The notes: generated from the sequence alone by a model not told the origin. A stretch of DNA of 57,315 nt from an uncultured Chthonomonadaceae bacterium (GCA_963835065.1 CAWIEK010000067.1:1-57315); one strand, 5' to 3'. Counted from the first letter of the stretch, positions 40,809 through 50,687 are shown. Program-made: numbers and translations.

Positions 40809-43598
40809 CTACTTCTTTGTCTGCAAGGTGACGCTTGCGGGTTTCAGGCCGGGGGCTGTTGCCGTGACCTGTACGGAACCGGGCTGCTCGGACGCCTGTA
40901 CCACAACCATGCACAGGCCGTGAAAGGCATGGCGCTTGTTGGCTTTGTCGGGTTCGTGGCTGCTGGGGTCGCCGTTGCCGACGCCGCCGATGTGCGCCGC
41001 GCCCGTCACTTCAAAGGTCACTTCGTTGTCGGCGTCGGGAACCACGCGGCCTTTTTCGTCGAGCAGTTCCACTTCCACCATGATGACCTCTTCACCGTTC
41101 GCGGTCAGGGTTTTGCGATCCGGTTTCAGGCGGATTTGCGTGGCTTTGCCGGTTGTTTCCACCACGTCGGTGACGATTACCTTGCCATCCCTGTAGCCCT
41201 TTGCTTCCAGTTTGCCGGGGGTGTAGGGAACGCTCCATTGCAGGTGTCCCAGGCGCGGCATGTCCTTTGCGCCCAGGGATTTGCCGTTGAGGAACAGTTC
41301 TACCCGGTCGGCGTTGCTGTGTACCCACACGTCCTTTATTTTGCCCTCATCCCCCGGCCAGTTCCAGTATGGCAGGATGTGCGCGACGGGTTTGTCGCCC
41401 CACCAACTGAGGTAATAGTAGTACGTGTCTTTGGGAAAGCCGCACTCGTCCATGATGCCGAAGTGCGAGTTGATGCACGGCCAGCCATACGGCGTCGGCT
41501 CGCCCTTGTAATCGAAGCCCGTCCACACATAGCCGCCCGCTACGTACTCGCGCGTGCCAATGGCTTTCCACGCCACTTCCGCAGGCTGCGCCCAGGGCGG
41601 CGCGTTCACGTCATACGCGCTGACATAGCCTTTTTGCGGGTCGTTGACGTACTCGCCCCGCGTACTGACCGCGCTTGCGGTTTCGCTGCCGAACAGGGGC
41701 ATGTCGGGGAACTTCTGGTGAAAGCCTTCATACGCGCCGGGAGCGTAGTTGATGCCCTGCAAGTCTTCCACAAACGTAATGCCGTTGCCCCACCCGCCGT
41801 TCATCGCGCCGGTTGTGGGGCGCGTCGGGTCGAGCGCAAGGGTCGCTTCCTTCATCGCCTTGAAAATACGCGCCCCTTCCTCGCTCCCCTGCAAGCCCTC
41901 CTCGTTGAACAGGGACCATTGGATGATGCTCGGATGGTTGCGATCCCGCATCACCATTTCTTTCAGGTCGCCCAGATCGCTGACGGGCGTACCGCGACTG
42001 GTTTTGGGACGGTAGGTATCGCCCAAATGCCGCGTTTCGTCCATGACCAGCATCCCCAACCGATCGCAGGCGTCCAGCAGTTCGGGCGCGGGCGGGTTGT
42101 GCGACATGCGGTAAGCGTTGCAGCCCATCGCTTTCAGTTTCTTCACGCGCCATTCCAGCAGGCTGTCCGGCATGGCAATGCCCACGCCCGCAAAGTCCTG
42201 ATGGTTGCACGTGCCCTGTATCTTGACCGGCTTGCCGTTGAGGAAGAAGCCCTTTTGCGCATCGAACTTGATGGTGCGGATGCCGAAGTTTGTTGTTACA
42301 CCATCCGCATGTTGAAAATTCCGCATTACCAATGTTGACATTTTGTACAACGTCGGCTTTTCGAGTGACCACAGACGGGGATGAGGCAACGTCAGGTTGA
42401 GCGTAACGTTCTGGGTATCGTGCGCGGCAATCGTGATGTTGTTGCTATTCACACGAATGTTCAGGAAGCCACCTGCATCCATTAGGGCAGTAACACTACG
42501 CTTCACTTCTTGATCTGTTGGATTGACAATTGTAATAATGGCCTTTATCGTTGCGTTGCCATCGTCATTTACCGTTGAAGTGACGTATACGCCATTGGGC
42601 GCGATGTGGACAGGCTCCGCTTTGTTGAGCCAGACGTGACGGTAGATGCCGCCGCCCTCGTACCACCAACCCTCCTGCGCCCGCGCGTCCGCCCTCACCG
42701 CTAATGTATTCGCGCCGCCGTAGTTCACGAGATTGGTAATGTCGTAATGGGCGCCGATGTAGCCGCTTTTGTGATTGCCGAGCAGCTTGCCGTTGAGCCA
42801 GATATAGGCGTTGCGGTAAATGCCGTCAAAGTCTACCCACAGGGCGCGGCCTTTGTCGGACGCGGGCAGCGTGAAGGTTTTGCGATACCAGCCGATTCCT
42901 GTTGGCAGCGACCCGTGACTCGCGTCCGCAGTCGGGGTAAATGTGCCTTCCACAACAAAGTCATGCGGCAAATGGACGTTCCGCCAATCCTTGTCCTGAA
43001 AACCGGGTCGGGCATAGGTGTCATCCACGCCCGTTTCGCGTTCCTGAAATCCCGACGCGCCGATACTGCCCGCGCCCGCCGTGTTTTCCACGAGAACCGC
43101 GATTACGTTTGTGCCGCCTTCTTTCCACACATCCTTGAGCGGCACATCAAACGGGTCGTCATAGCCCTCATGGTGCAGCAGTTTTTTGCCGTTGACATAG
43201 ACGGTGGCGTTATCGTCCACGCCCTCAAAATGCAGGACGCGGTTGCCGGCAGGCGGGTTGGGCAGGGTGGCGCGATACCATGCGAAGCCCCGCCGCCCGT
43301 TGAACACGTCCTGCGAAACGCCCGCGTCTTTCCAGCCGGCGTCCATCTGGAAATCTACGGCGGCAGGCGCTTCCGAGGTTTCCTCGCCCCGCGCCAGCAG
43401 TTTGAACCGCCATTGCAATTGCGTGGTTTCCGGTTTCGCCGCGCCGCCACCCGGATCGCCTAAATGGAACTTCCAGCCGCCGTCCATGAGCAGCCGTTCC
43501 CGGCTCGGCAGCGCGGCAAACGCATTGCATCGCGTAACTATGGCGGCAAGCGCAAACAGGAAAAAAGCAAATAGGCGGAATGTTTGGTTTTGCATCAT
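40809..43598 (-). CDS. Secreted GH2 beta-galactosidase-like glycoside hydrolase
   Basis: LPHDF, GWYRKTF, YEGGGIYRHVWL, RMSHNPP, RDRNHPSIIQWSLFNEE and WTGFDYKGEPTP motifs. Confidence 0.93.
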   Translation of the reverse strand: MMQNQTFRLFAFFLFALAAIVTRCNAFAALPSRERLLMDGGWKFHLGDPGGGAAKPETTQLQWRFKLLARGEETSEAPAAVDFQMDAGWKDAGVSQDVFNGRRGFAWYRATLPNPPAGNRVLHFEGVDDNATVYVNGKKLLHHEGYDDPFDVPLKDVWKEGGTNVIAVLVENTAGAGSIGASGFQERETGVDDTYARPGFQDKDWRNVHLPHDFVVEGTFTPTADASHGSLPTGIGWYRKTFTLPASDKGRALWVDFDGIYRNAYIWLNGKLLGNHKSGYIGAHYDITNLVNYGGANTLAVRADARAQEGWWYEGGGIYRHVWLNKAEPVHIAPNGVYVTSTVNDDGNATIKAIITIVNPTDQEVKRSVTALMDAGGFLNIRVNSNNITIAAHDTQNVTLNLTLPHPRLWSLEKPTLYKMSTLVMRNFQHADGVTTNFGIRTIKFDAQKGFFLNGKPVKIQGTCNHQDFAGVGIAMPDSLLEWRVKKLKAMGCNAYRMSHNPPAPELLDACDRLGMLVMDETRHLGDTYRPKTSRGTPVSDLGDLKEMVMRDRNHPSIIQWSLFNEEGLQGSEEGARIFKAMKEATLALDPTRPTTGAMNGGWGNGITFVEDLQGINYAPGAYEGFHQKFPDMPLFGSETASAVSTRGEYVNDPQKGYVSAYDVNAPPWAQPAEVAWKAIGTREYVAGGYVWTGFDYKGEPTPYGWPCINSHFGIMDECGFPKDTYYYYLSWWGDKPVAHILPYWNWPGDEGKIKDVWVHSNADRVELFLNGKSLGAKDMPRLGHLQWSVPYTPGKLEAKGYRDGKVIVTDVVETTGKATQIRLKPDRKTLTANGEEVIMVEVELLDEKGRVVPDADNEVTFEVTGAAHIGGVGNGDPSSHEPDKANKRHAFHGLCMVVVQASEQPGSVQVTATAPGLKPASVTLQTKK

Positions 43599-43649
43599 GT
43601 TCTTAACTCAATCTTCTGAAAATCGGCGTGGAGACGATGCTGCGGCTAT

Positions 43650-43755
43650 TTTGTCTTGAACCATGATTTATATGATTTTGATGATTGCCATGATGGACGC
43701 GCTTCCTAAAATCATGGTAATCTCATAAATCACATAAATCATGGTTCAAGACAAA
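43650..43755. mobile_element. MITE-like element, sibling of 24383-24559
   Basis: 29-bp TIR TTTGTCTTGAACCATGATTTA.. with one mismatch. Confidence 0.8.
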
Positions 43756-43772
43756 CAACTCTCACTTGTATC

Positions 43773-45416
43773 CTACGGCGTAAACGCAATATCATCCACG
43801 TAGAACGCGGGAAGGGCGCTGCCGCTCAGGTTTTGTATCCAGAAACCTTCCATGTTGGATTTGTCCGTGATGCCCAGGCCGGCAAGCGGGACGACAATCA
43901 AGCGCCAGGCGTTAGGGTAGAGTTTCGGGAGGGTAAATTCCATTTGTCCCTTGCCCCGGATGATGGCCTGCACCTTTAATTGCTGCCCGCCCTCCGGCCC
44001 GCCGTGTATCCAAAACGTCAGGCTGCGAAATTTGCCGATGCGGAACGGGTCATGGTGCAGGTACATCGCTTCATACGGCCCGGCCTGCACCCTGATGGAC
44101 ATTTGCCCGCTGTGAACGGGGGACGTGTTGGCGTAATCCATTTTGGCCCAGCCGTAGCTTAACCAACCATTGCTCAAACCCTCCCCGAACACGGCCCCGC
44201 TCGCAAGGTCGGGAGCCACAAGCGAAGCCGGGTCGGGCGGCGTGTAGTGCGCGAGTGTGCCGTCCAAAGCCTGCTTGACCCACACGCCGAAATGCGCGGT
44301 CGGCTTGTACTCCCAATTGGAAACCAGACGCGGCGTGGCGTCCGGGTGCAGATCCCAGGCCGTCCAATTCCAGTCGTGGTCTTGAATCACCTGCAAAACG
44401 TGCCGCACCCACGATTCGCCTGTCTCGCCCACGCCGCCGCCCGGATCGCTGCCGAACTCGCCCACGAAGACCGGCAGGGTTTTCGTCGCCGTTTCCATGC
44501 GCTTTGTCCAGACAGCAACGCTTTCCCCTTTTTGCGGGTACGCATGGTTGGCATACATCACGCCGCGCCCGGTAGCGTCTTTTAACTGCCGCCCCGCCAG
44601 TATGCCGTCAAGATCATACGCCCAGTTCAAGCCGCCGATAAGAGCGACGTTTTTTGCCCCGGTTTCGCGTACCGCATCCAGCAATTCCTGCATCCCGATG
44701 GCTTTGTAGGTACGGGTTCCCTGCTTTCCATCCGCTTCCGTGACCTGCCCGCCGTCGCGCCAGATGTCCCAGCTCACGTCATGCGGCTCGTTGTACAGGT
44801 CAAAAACAACGGCGGGATGGTTTTTATATTCCGTTGCCACGCTTTTCCAGAACAGCAGGCTGTTGGCGTCGGGCATCACGTGCTGCCCGATGTCTTTGCC
44901 CCATACGCCCGCGTCATTCCAGTGCAAATCCAGAATCACATAACAGTTGTTGGCGGCGCATAACTCCACAATCTGCTTTACCAGAGCGCGGTACGCCTGC
45001 CCCTGATCCGATTGGTCGGGCATTTTGCCGAACCAGCTATCCTGCGCAAGCGGCAGGCGAATGATGTTGACATGCCAGTCCTTAAGGGCCACGCGCACCG
45101 TTTCCAGAATGTGTCCTTCCCCGTTGCGGCTCCATTCCAGGCTCGGCACATTGACGCCGCGCAGCCGAACGCGCTTGTTCTGCCCGTTCAGTACCTGCGT
45201 TCCCTCCACTTTCAGCGGCGTCAGGTTCCCGGTTCCCTGCCCCTGCGCCGTTACGCCTGCTCCCATGCCTGCGCCCGCAAGCAAACTCAGCATCACGCCC
45301 AAACGCCTCTTCCGGCTGCTCCATTGCTTTGTGTGTTCCAAGATGTTTTTTCTCCCTGATCTGTATTTCACAATTTTTTCGTTGAAATACGCGCGTAAAG
45401 GAACTTCCATCCCCAC
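43773..45416 (-). CDS. GH5 cellulase-family protein with C-terminal carbohydrate-binding-like domain (true start probably downstream)
   Basis: LRGVN, ILDLHW, LYNEP and VGEFG catalytic motifs; C-terminal YVDDI module. Confidence 0.9.
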   Translation of the reverse strand: MGMEVPLRAYFNEKIVKYRSGRKNILEHTKQWSSRKRRLGVMLSLLAGAGMGAGVTAQGQGTGNLTPLKVEGTQVLNGQNKRVRLRGVNVPSLEWSRNGEGHILETVRVALKDWHVNIIRLPLAQDSWFGKMPDQSDQGQAYRALVKQIVELCAANNCYVILDLHWNDAGVWGKDIGQHVMPDANSLLFWKSVATEYKNHPAVVFDLYNEPHDVSWDIWRDGGQVTEADGKQGTRTYKAIGMQELLDAVRETGAKNVALIGGLNWAYDLDGILAGRQLKDATGRGVMYANHAYPQKGESVAVWTKRMETATKTLPVFVGEFGSDPGGGVGETGESWVRHVLQVIQDHDWNWTAWDLHPDATPRLVSNWEYKPTAHFGVWVKQALDGTLAHYTPPDPASLVAPDLASGAVFGEGLSNGWLSYGWAKMDYANTSPVHSGQMSIRVQAGPYEAMYLHHDPFRIGKFRSLTFWIHGGPEGGQQLKVQAIIRGKGQMEFTLPKLYPNAWRLIVVPLAGLGITDKSNMEGFWIQNLSGSALPAFYVDDIAFTP

Positions 45417-45483
45417 TGAATTGTTTATCTCTACATTAATACGGTGTCACACGCAGTTCTTCGGCAGAAAGGATAGCGCAGCC

Positions 45484-46860
45484 ATGATCAACCCTTTTAA
45501 TCTTCCGCTACAACATGCCCTCAAAGCCATTACCATGGCCGTCAAGCAAGCGCATGAGGGGCCGCAACCGCCCGATGTCATTGCAATCTGTAGACTCACC
45601 ATGTTAGCTATCGAGCATGGCGCTCCCATCTACAATCGCGGCGGCAACGGCCATCGAGACTGCGCCTGCATCTACCATCATCTGGCGCAGGGACTCCTCA
45701 GCCTGTTGCCGCCCCATCAGGACGCAGAATGTGGCGACTTTGACGCGCCCCTGCGGCAGTTTGTAGATGACCAGCTTCGCCCGCTCCTGCGCGATTACCC
45801 GACAGTTCCCACATCGGAACCGGCAGCGGATGAACTTGCGTGGAAATTACGCCGCGCCTTCGATAAAATCGCCGTAGTTGCAGAGGGACTGTTCGCAATG
45901 TTCATGGTTGTGGATATGACGCTGGCATCGCTTCGGGCCACCGACAGCGAACTCAGCGGGGATATCATTGGCGACTTGCTTGAACTCGCGATTTATTACG
46001 GGGCGCCTCTCTACGACATGAAATCCCGCAAAGGCTGCGCTGCCATTTATCTGTACGCGGCAACAAAGATACACGAGATGCTGCTCAAAGCGCGAAAAAG
46101 CGACCTACAGCAATGCGCGTATGCGCAACTGCATCCGATTGTTGTTGACAATCTCTGCGTCGCGGCAACCGAAGTCGCGGCGAGCGAATTGGCCTGGAAA
46201 TTGCGCTATGCTTTCAACGCCATTCTGAAGCAGATAAAACAGAGCAAGGAGCAAGAGCAAGAAGTCGCCCTTCCTCTGGAAACTCAAAAGGTGGAAGGGC
46301 TGCAACGCTGGGCGCATGGCGCAGAAGTTGCAACGCTGGCAATCGTCTTTACCGATGTTCTGGGCAGCGCCGCGCTCAACCGTAAGCATGGAGATATGAA
46401 ATGGAACGGCATTTTGTCTACTCATGTGGACTGCGGCAAAAAGCTGATTGCCCGTGAATACGGCTATCTGATGCAAACAAATGGAGATTCGCTGCTGGCG
46501 GTCTTCCCCAGCACCAGCCACGCTCTCAATTTTGCAATGGCTCTGGAATGTAACACCGGCCACAAAGAGATTATTATACGCGCCGGTATCCACGTTGGCC
46601 CCGTAATGGTCGCGTCCGGCGCTACCGGCGGCCAGGCGGTGTGCATGGCGAAGCGCGTAATGGACTACATTGAAGGCGGTGGTATTTGCCTCAGCGACCC
46701 GGCAATAGAGGAGATCAATGCGTTACAGGCAAGCAGATACGACCACCTGCAATGGGAAAAACATCTGACTGATACACTAAACGGATTTGAGGGCAAGTTC
46801 ACTCTCTGGACGGTTCCGCCTACGCGACCTGCGGCAACGAGGAACGACTCTCCATCCTAG
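45484..46860 (+). CDS. Class III nucleotidyl cyclase with duplicated N-terminal helical domain
   Basis: FTDVLGS, GDS and IRAGIHVG motifs; two repeats LAIxxGAPxY...C..IY...ELAWKLRxAF. Confidence 0.8.
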   Translation: MINPFNLPLQHALKAITMAVKQAHEGPQPPDVIAICRLTMLAIEHGAPIYNRGGNGHRDCACIYHHLAQGLLSLLPPHQDAECGDFDAPLRQFVDDQLRPLLRDYPTVPTSEPAADELAWKLRRAFDKIAVVAEGLFAMFMVVDMTLASLRATDSELSGDIIGDLLELAIYYGAPLYDMKSRKGCAAIYLYAATKIHEMLLKARKSDLQQCAYAQLHPIVVDNLCVAATEVAASELAWKLRYAFNAILKQIKQSKEQEQEVALPLETQKVEGLQRWAHGAEVATLAIVFTDVLGSAALNRKHGDMKWNGILSTHVDCGKKLIAREYGYLMQTNGDSLLAVFPSTSHALNFAMALECNTGHKEIIIRAGIHVGPVMVASGATGGQAVCMAKRVMDYIEGGGICLSDPAIEEINALQASRYDHLQWEKHLTDTLNGFEGKFTLWTVPPTRPAATRNDSPS

Positions 46861-47014
46861 ACAATACGCCTTTCGGGTCCGAAGTCTTGAGCAAATGCAA
46901 AGGTTCAAGGATACTGTTCCTAAAATCCCGGTGTTCAGTGTTCGGACAATCCGGCATGTTCATGCTCAATGTGAATATAGTTCACGGGGCTGTTAAGAAA
47001 CGGACTGTCGGAAA

Positions 47015-48061
47015 TTATTGGGGTTGCTCAAACACCGCCAGGGCATTAGGCCAGTCCACGCTGACCCGTAAATACTTCAGCGCGGAGCCGCCTATCGCGC
47101 CCTCAACCGGCTTGTCCATCCACTGCGCCATGTAGGTGTGAAACGCGCGGTCGGGCTGTACGGTGAACCAGACGGGACCGATGGTACAATCCGCAATGGT
47201 TATTTTGGGAACTTCCAGCATTGCGCTGCCGGACAGCGATTGTACGGGGTCGAGCGCGCGCCATTCCGGGTGACGCTTTCGCCAAACGGTGTACTGAGAA
47301 CGAGTCAGAAAACAGGTGGCGCGATCCGCAGGCCCACCATCGCCGATTGCCGTGAGAGCCTGCGGCGACAGTATATTCGTCGCTCCGGTGTCGAAGAGAA
47401 AGTCTATGGTTTCGCCGTCCACAGTGACCGAGAAGCGAGCAAAGTTGTTTTTCCGCCGTCCTAACGCATCGGTTTGGAAATGCAGGGCCACCTCCTGACT
47501 CTTCTTATGCGGCGGCAAATCGTTGGGCGCTCGCCACAGCAGACGCTTGCCGGGATAATCAAATGTCCACACACGGCCCGCAAACCACCTCTGCCCCAAC
47601 ATACCGTCCGAGTCGGTCAGTACGCTTTTCGTTCCGGCAGTGCCAAGCGCCTGAGCGCGTGGAAGGAGGGGCAGCATGATGGAAGGGATCGCGGCCTCCG
47701 GCCGGAAGGGCGGTAGGCTGACAATTTTGAAACTCCCCTCGGACGGGTCTGTGTTCGGGGCCGGCGCGGCAGCAAGATGGAGACGTTTGGCAACATCCTC
47801 AAAGAGAAGAAGCCCTCCGGCAGAATCCGTAAACAGGCTGAGTTTCAGGCCGTCACGGGTTACGGGCTGAACCACAAAACGATGCTCCACATATTTCGCA
47901 GGCAAAACAATCGGATGAGCAGGCATTGGCTCCTGAGTGGGTCTCGAATCCTGAGCAGGTTTTAACTCCTGAGCGGATTTCGGCTCCTGAGCAGGCGCTT
48001 GTGTAACCCGTAAAAACAGCGTCAGCATCAGCGCGGCAGAAAAACAAGTACGTATGTCCAA
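47015..48061 (-). CDS. Secreted aspartyl-protease-like protein
   Basis: Signal peptide; FTDSAG and LFDTGA lobes, each followed by GxLG/GAIG. Confidence 0.6.
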   Translation of the reverse strand: MDIRTCFSAALMLTLFLRVTQAPAQEPKSAQELKPAQDSRPTQEPMPAHPIVLPAKYVEHRFVVQPVTRDGLKLSLFTDSAGGLLLFEDVAKRLHLAAAPAPNTDPSEGSFKIVSLPPFRPEAAIPSIMLPLLPRAQALGTAGTKSVLTDSDGMLGQRWFAGRVWTFDYPGKRLLWRAPNDLPPHKKSQEVALHFQTDALGRRKNNFARFSVTVDGETIDFLFDTGATNILSPQALTAIGDGGPADRATCFLTRSQYTVWRKRHPEWRALDPVQSLSGSAMLEVPKITIADCTIGPVWFTVQPDRAFHTYMAQWMDKPVEGAIGGSALKYLRVSVDWPNALAVFEQPQ

Positions 48062-48186
48062 ATGTCTCCTTTTTTAGTGTTGCGCAATAGACCTCTTTCA
48101 TAAGACCTTGCGCACTAACGAAGTCTCATCTCATCGAGTAGACTTATGAAAGAGTTCTAATGAAGAAAATTCTTCTTCATCGCTTA

Positions 48187-48265
48187 GGGTCTGTAAATCT
48201 ATAACTTCCCGGAGGGCACAACATGTTGTGCCCCTACATTCGGGAACTTATACTTTTACGAACCC
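48187..48265. mobile_element. 79-bp MITE with ISAzo13-type ends and TTA target duplication
   Basis: GGGTCTGTAAATCTATAACTTCCCG ... CGGGAACTTATACTTTTACGAACCC, flanked by TTA at 48184-48186 and 48266-48268. Confidence 0.85.
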
Positions 48266-49198
48266 TTATCCTAGAGGCACGACGCGCCGGATAACGGGGG
48301 CGTTTACGGTTCGCTCTTCTTTGGTAAGCGCCGTAATCGTATTGATATGATATTTCAGCAGATACTCCCGCGCTCGCGTGATGCCATCTCCAACCTGCTC
48401 CACTCGATGGCTGTCATCCCCGAAGCAGAAGGGAATACCTTTTTGCTGCGCGCATTCTACCCATTCGGCGCGTGGGTACGGCCTGCCCAATCCTTTACGC
48501 CAGCCGGCAGTGTTCAAATCCAGAATACAATCGTAGGCTTTGATTGCATCCAGGGCCGTAAGAGCCGCCGCGACCAGACTGCCGCGTTCCAAAGCGTAAG
48601 CATCGTATCCGGCCTCCTCCCAATGCTGGAAATAGTTTAATTCAATCAAATCGAAATGGCCGACGACTTCGGGACGCAGGGCTTCCACCATCCGCGCCAA
48701 ATGTCGGTAATACTCCTCCATTAGTTCCACAATGCCGCCGCACGATTCAACCGCTTTGTCGAACAATTCGCGCGGGCCGTCAATAGAATAGCCATTGATG
48801 AAATGCACGGAGCCGACCATGTAATCAAACGCAGGCGAACCATTCGGCAAGGTTTGCTCCCGATAGCCGCGCATGATTTGCGCATAACGGTCGGGCGGCA
48901 CGATTTCGGCTTCAAAGCCGCGCAAAATCGTTAAGCGGTCGGCGTATTCTTCTACTAAGGCGGGCAGAGCAAGCCTATAACGGTCAAAATCATCCGTAAT
49001 TTTAGCCACTGTCCAGCCCAATTCTTTTTCTTTGTCATACAGGTACTCTTCGCCCATTCGCGGCGCGTGTTCGCTGACGCCGAACGTATGGTAGCCGAAC
49101 CGAACGGCGGCATCCAAAATCTCGCGCAGCGTACCCTCAGCATGGTCGCAATACTCGCCGCTGTGCCCGCCATGCAGCGAAACTTTCCACTCGTCCAC
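48266..49198 (-). CDS. Histidinol-phosphatase, PHP family (HisJ/HisK-type)
   Basis: SLHGGHSGEYCDHA, SEHAP, GSVH, GHFD and GDDSH motifs. Confidence 0.85.
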   Translation of the reverse strand: MDEWKVSLHGGHSGEYCDHAEGTLREILDAAVRFGYHTFGVSEHAPRMGEEYLYDKEKELGWTVAKITDDFDRYRLALPALVEEYADRLTILRGFEAEIVPPDRYAQIMRGYREQTLPNGSPAFDYMVGSVHFINGYSIDGPRELFDKAVESCGGIVELMEEYYRHLARMVEALRPEVVGHFDLIELNYFQHWEEAGYDAYALERGSLVAAALTALDAIKAYDCILDLNTAGWRKGLGRPYPRAEWVECAQQKGIPFCFGDDSHRVEQVGDGITRAREYLLKYHINTITALTKEERTVNAPVIRRVVPLG

Positions 49199-49410
49199 AA
49201 TCCCAATTCCTTTCTTTGAGAAAGTCGTTCCGAACTATCAACTATCAACTACAGCCTCACTGCACAATCTGCGGGAACCGGAGACAGGCTTACACCGTCC
49301 TTGTAAAACACGAACCCGCTTCATGTAAAGTTCGACGGCAATACTAAAACTCTCAATTGGCTGCACGGCTGTAAGTGAAGACCGAATTGAATAACGGAGA
49401 GACTTCGGAT

Positions 49411-50325
49411 ATGGAAATGGAATACGGAAACCAACCCTTGCTGGAAGTTCAGCCCTGTACGTGTGGCGCGTCCGGGCGTATTCATGCCGCCGGGTGCGGG
49501 TGCGAAAAAGCGGCGGAGTTTTTGATGGAGCCTGCCGCGCAGTACCACTATTCGCGGCGCGAACTGCTGCGAACCGCGCTGATGGGTGGCCTGACGCTTG
49601 CCGCACTGCCCCTGCTGTCGGCGGAAGCCCAGGCGGACTTTTTCAAGCCAAGCCCGGCGCAGCAGATCAAAATGGGCGACCAGGCGGCGGCGCAGGTGCT
49701 GCAAAAGTACCGGGAAGTCAAGGATGACCGCGCCCGCGAGTTCAACCGCGTGGGAGCCAAACTGGTAGAATCGCTTCCGCCTGCGGATCGCGGCACATGG
49801 AATTATACGTTCCGCATGATTGACAGCAAGGACATCAACGCCTTTGCGCTTCCGGGCGGCAATATGTTCATGTTCACCGGCCTGATGGATCGCATCAAAT
49901 CGTCTTCGGAGCTCGCCGCCGTGACGGGGCACGAAATGACTCACGTGCGCAAGCAGCACTGGGCCAGCGCTTACGCCGGACAGCAGAAACGGGCGCTTGG
50001 CGTCGGCGTCCTGCTTGGTTTGTCCCATGCGGGGCGCGGGGTGCAGGCATTGGCCGGAGCCGGCGAACAATTATACTCGCTCCGCTTCTCGCGCAGTGAA
50101 GAAGATCAGGCGGACGCGGGCGGATTGGAAAACATGGCCGCCGCCGGTTTCAATCTTTCCGGCATGGTAGACCTGTTCAACACGCTCCAGCAGGCGACGG
50201 GCGGCAAAAGCGGCGGGCCGGAATTCCTCAGCGATCACCCGCTGACTACGGAACGCATCAAGCGCACGGAAGACCGTATCGCCAAAATGCAGGCGCAAAT
50301 GGGCCAGAAACCAGAACGCGGCTAA
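49411..50325 (+). CDS. M48 zinc metallopeptidase with Tat signal
   Basis: SRRELL, INAFALPGG, HEMTH, EDQAD and LSDHP motifs. Confidence 0.9.
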   Translation: MEMEYGNQPLLEVQPCTCGASGRIHAAGCGCEKAAEFLMEPAAQYHYSRRELLRTALMGGLTLAALPLLSAEAQADFFKPSPAQQIKMGDQAAAQVLQKYREVKDDRAREFNRVGAKLVESLPPADRGTWNYTFRMIDSKDINAFALPGGNMFMFTGLMDRIKSSSELAAVTGHEMTHVRKQHWASAYAGQQKRALGVGVLLGLSHAGRGVQALAGAGEQLYSLRFSRSEEDQADAGGLENMAAAGFNLSGMVDLFNTLQQATGGKSGGPEFLSDHPLTTERIKRTEDRIAKMQAQMGQKPERG

Positions 50326-50346
50326 ATCGGAAACGCTGTCAATACA

Positions 50347-50680
50347 TCTTCACCACAGAGGCACAGAGACACAGAGGGGTCACAGAGGGAAGAAAAAAAG
50401 GAGAAGAGATTAGAAACCGCGAAACACACGAAATAAACGAAAAAGAACCAAAAGAACAGGGGCAAATCCACAGATACCGCCGTATGGTCACAACAAACAG
50501 GCTTATCTTCTCCATTCGTAATTCTGTTTAATACTTCTAATCCCCTTAATCCTGTCTATTTATTTGTGTTCTTTTTTCGTTTTGGTTCGTATCTTTCGCG
50601 GTTCCCCTCTCCTTCCCTCCTCTTCTCCCTTCTTCTTTTCTCTGTGGCCCCTCTGTGTCTCTGTGCCTCTGTGGTGAAGA
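50347..50680. repeat. Nested fold-back element with perfect 33-bp outer arms
   Basis: TCTTCACCACAGAGGCACAGAGACACAGAGGGG and its reverse complement; inner AACCGCGAAA/TTTCGCGGTT pair. Confidence 0.9.
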
Positions 50681-50687
50681 CGTATTT

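Noticed and set aside
29954..50680. CACAGAGACACAGAG repeats as a CRISPR array
   Set aside because: They are dispersed inverted pairs, not direct repeats with regular spacers, and no cas genes are present.
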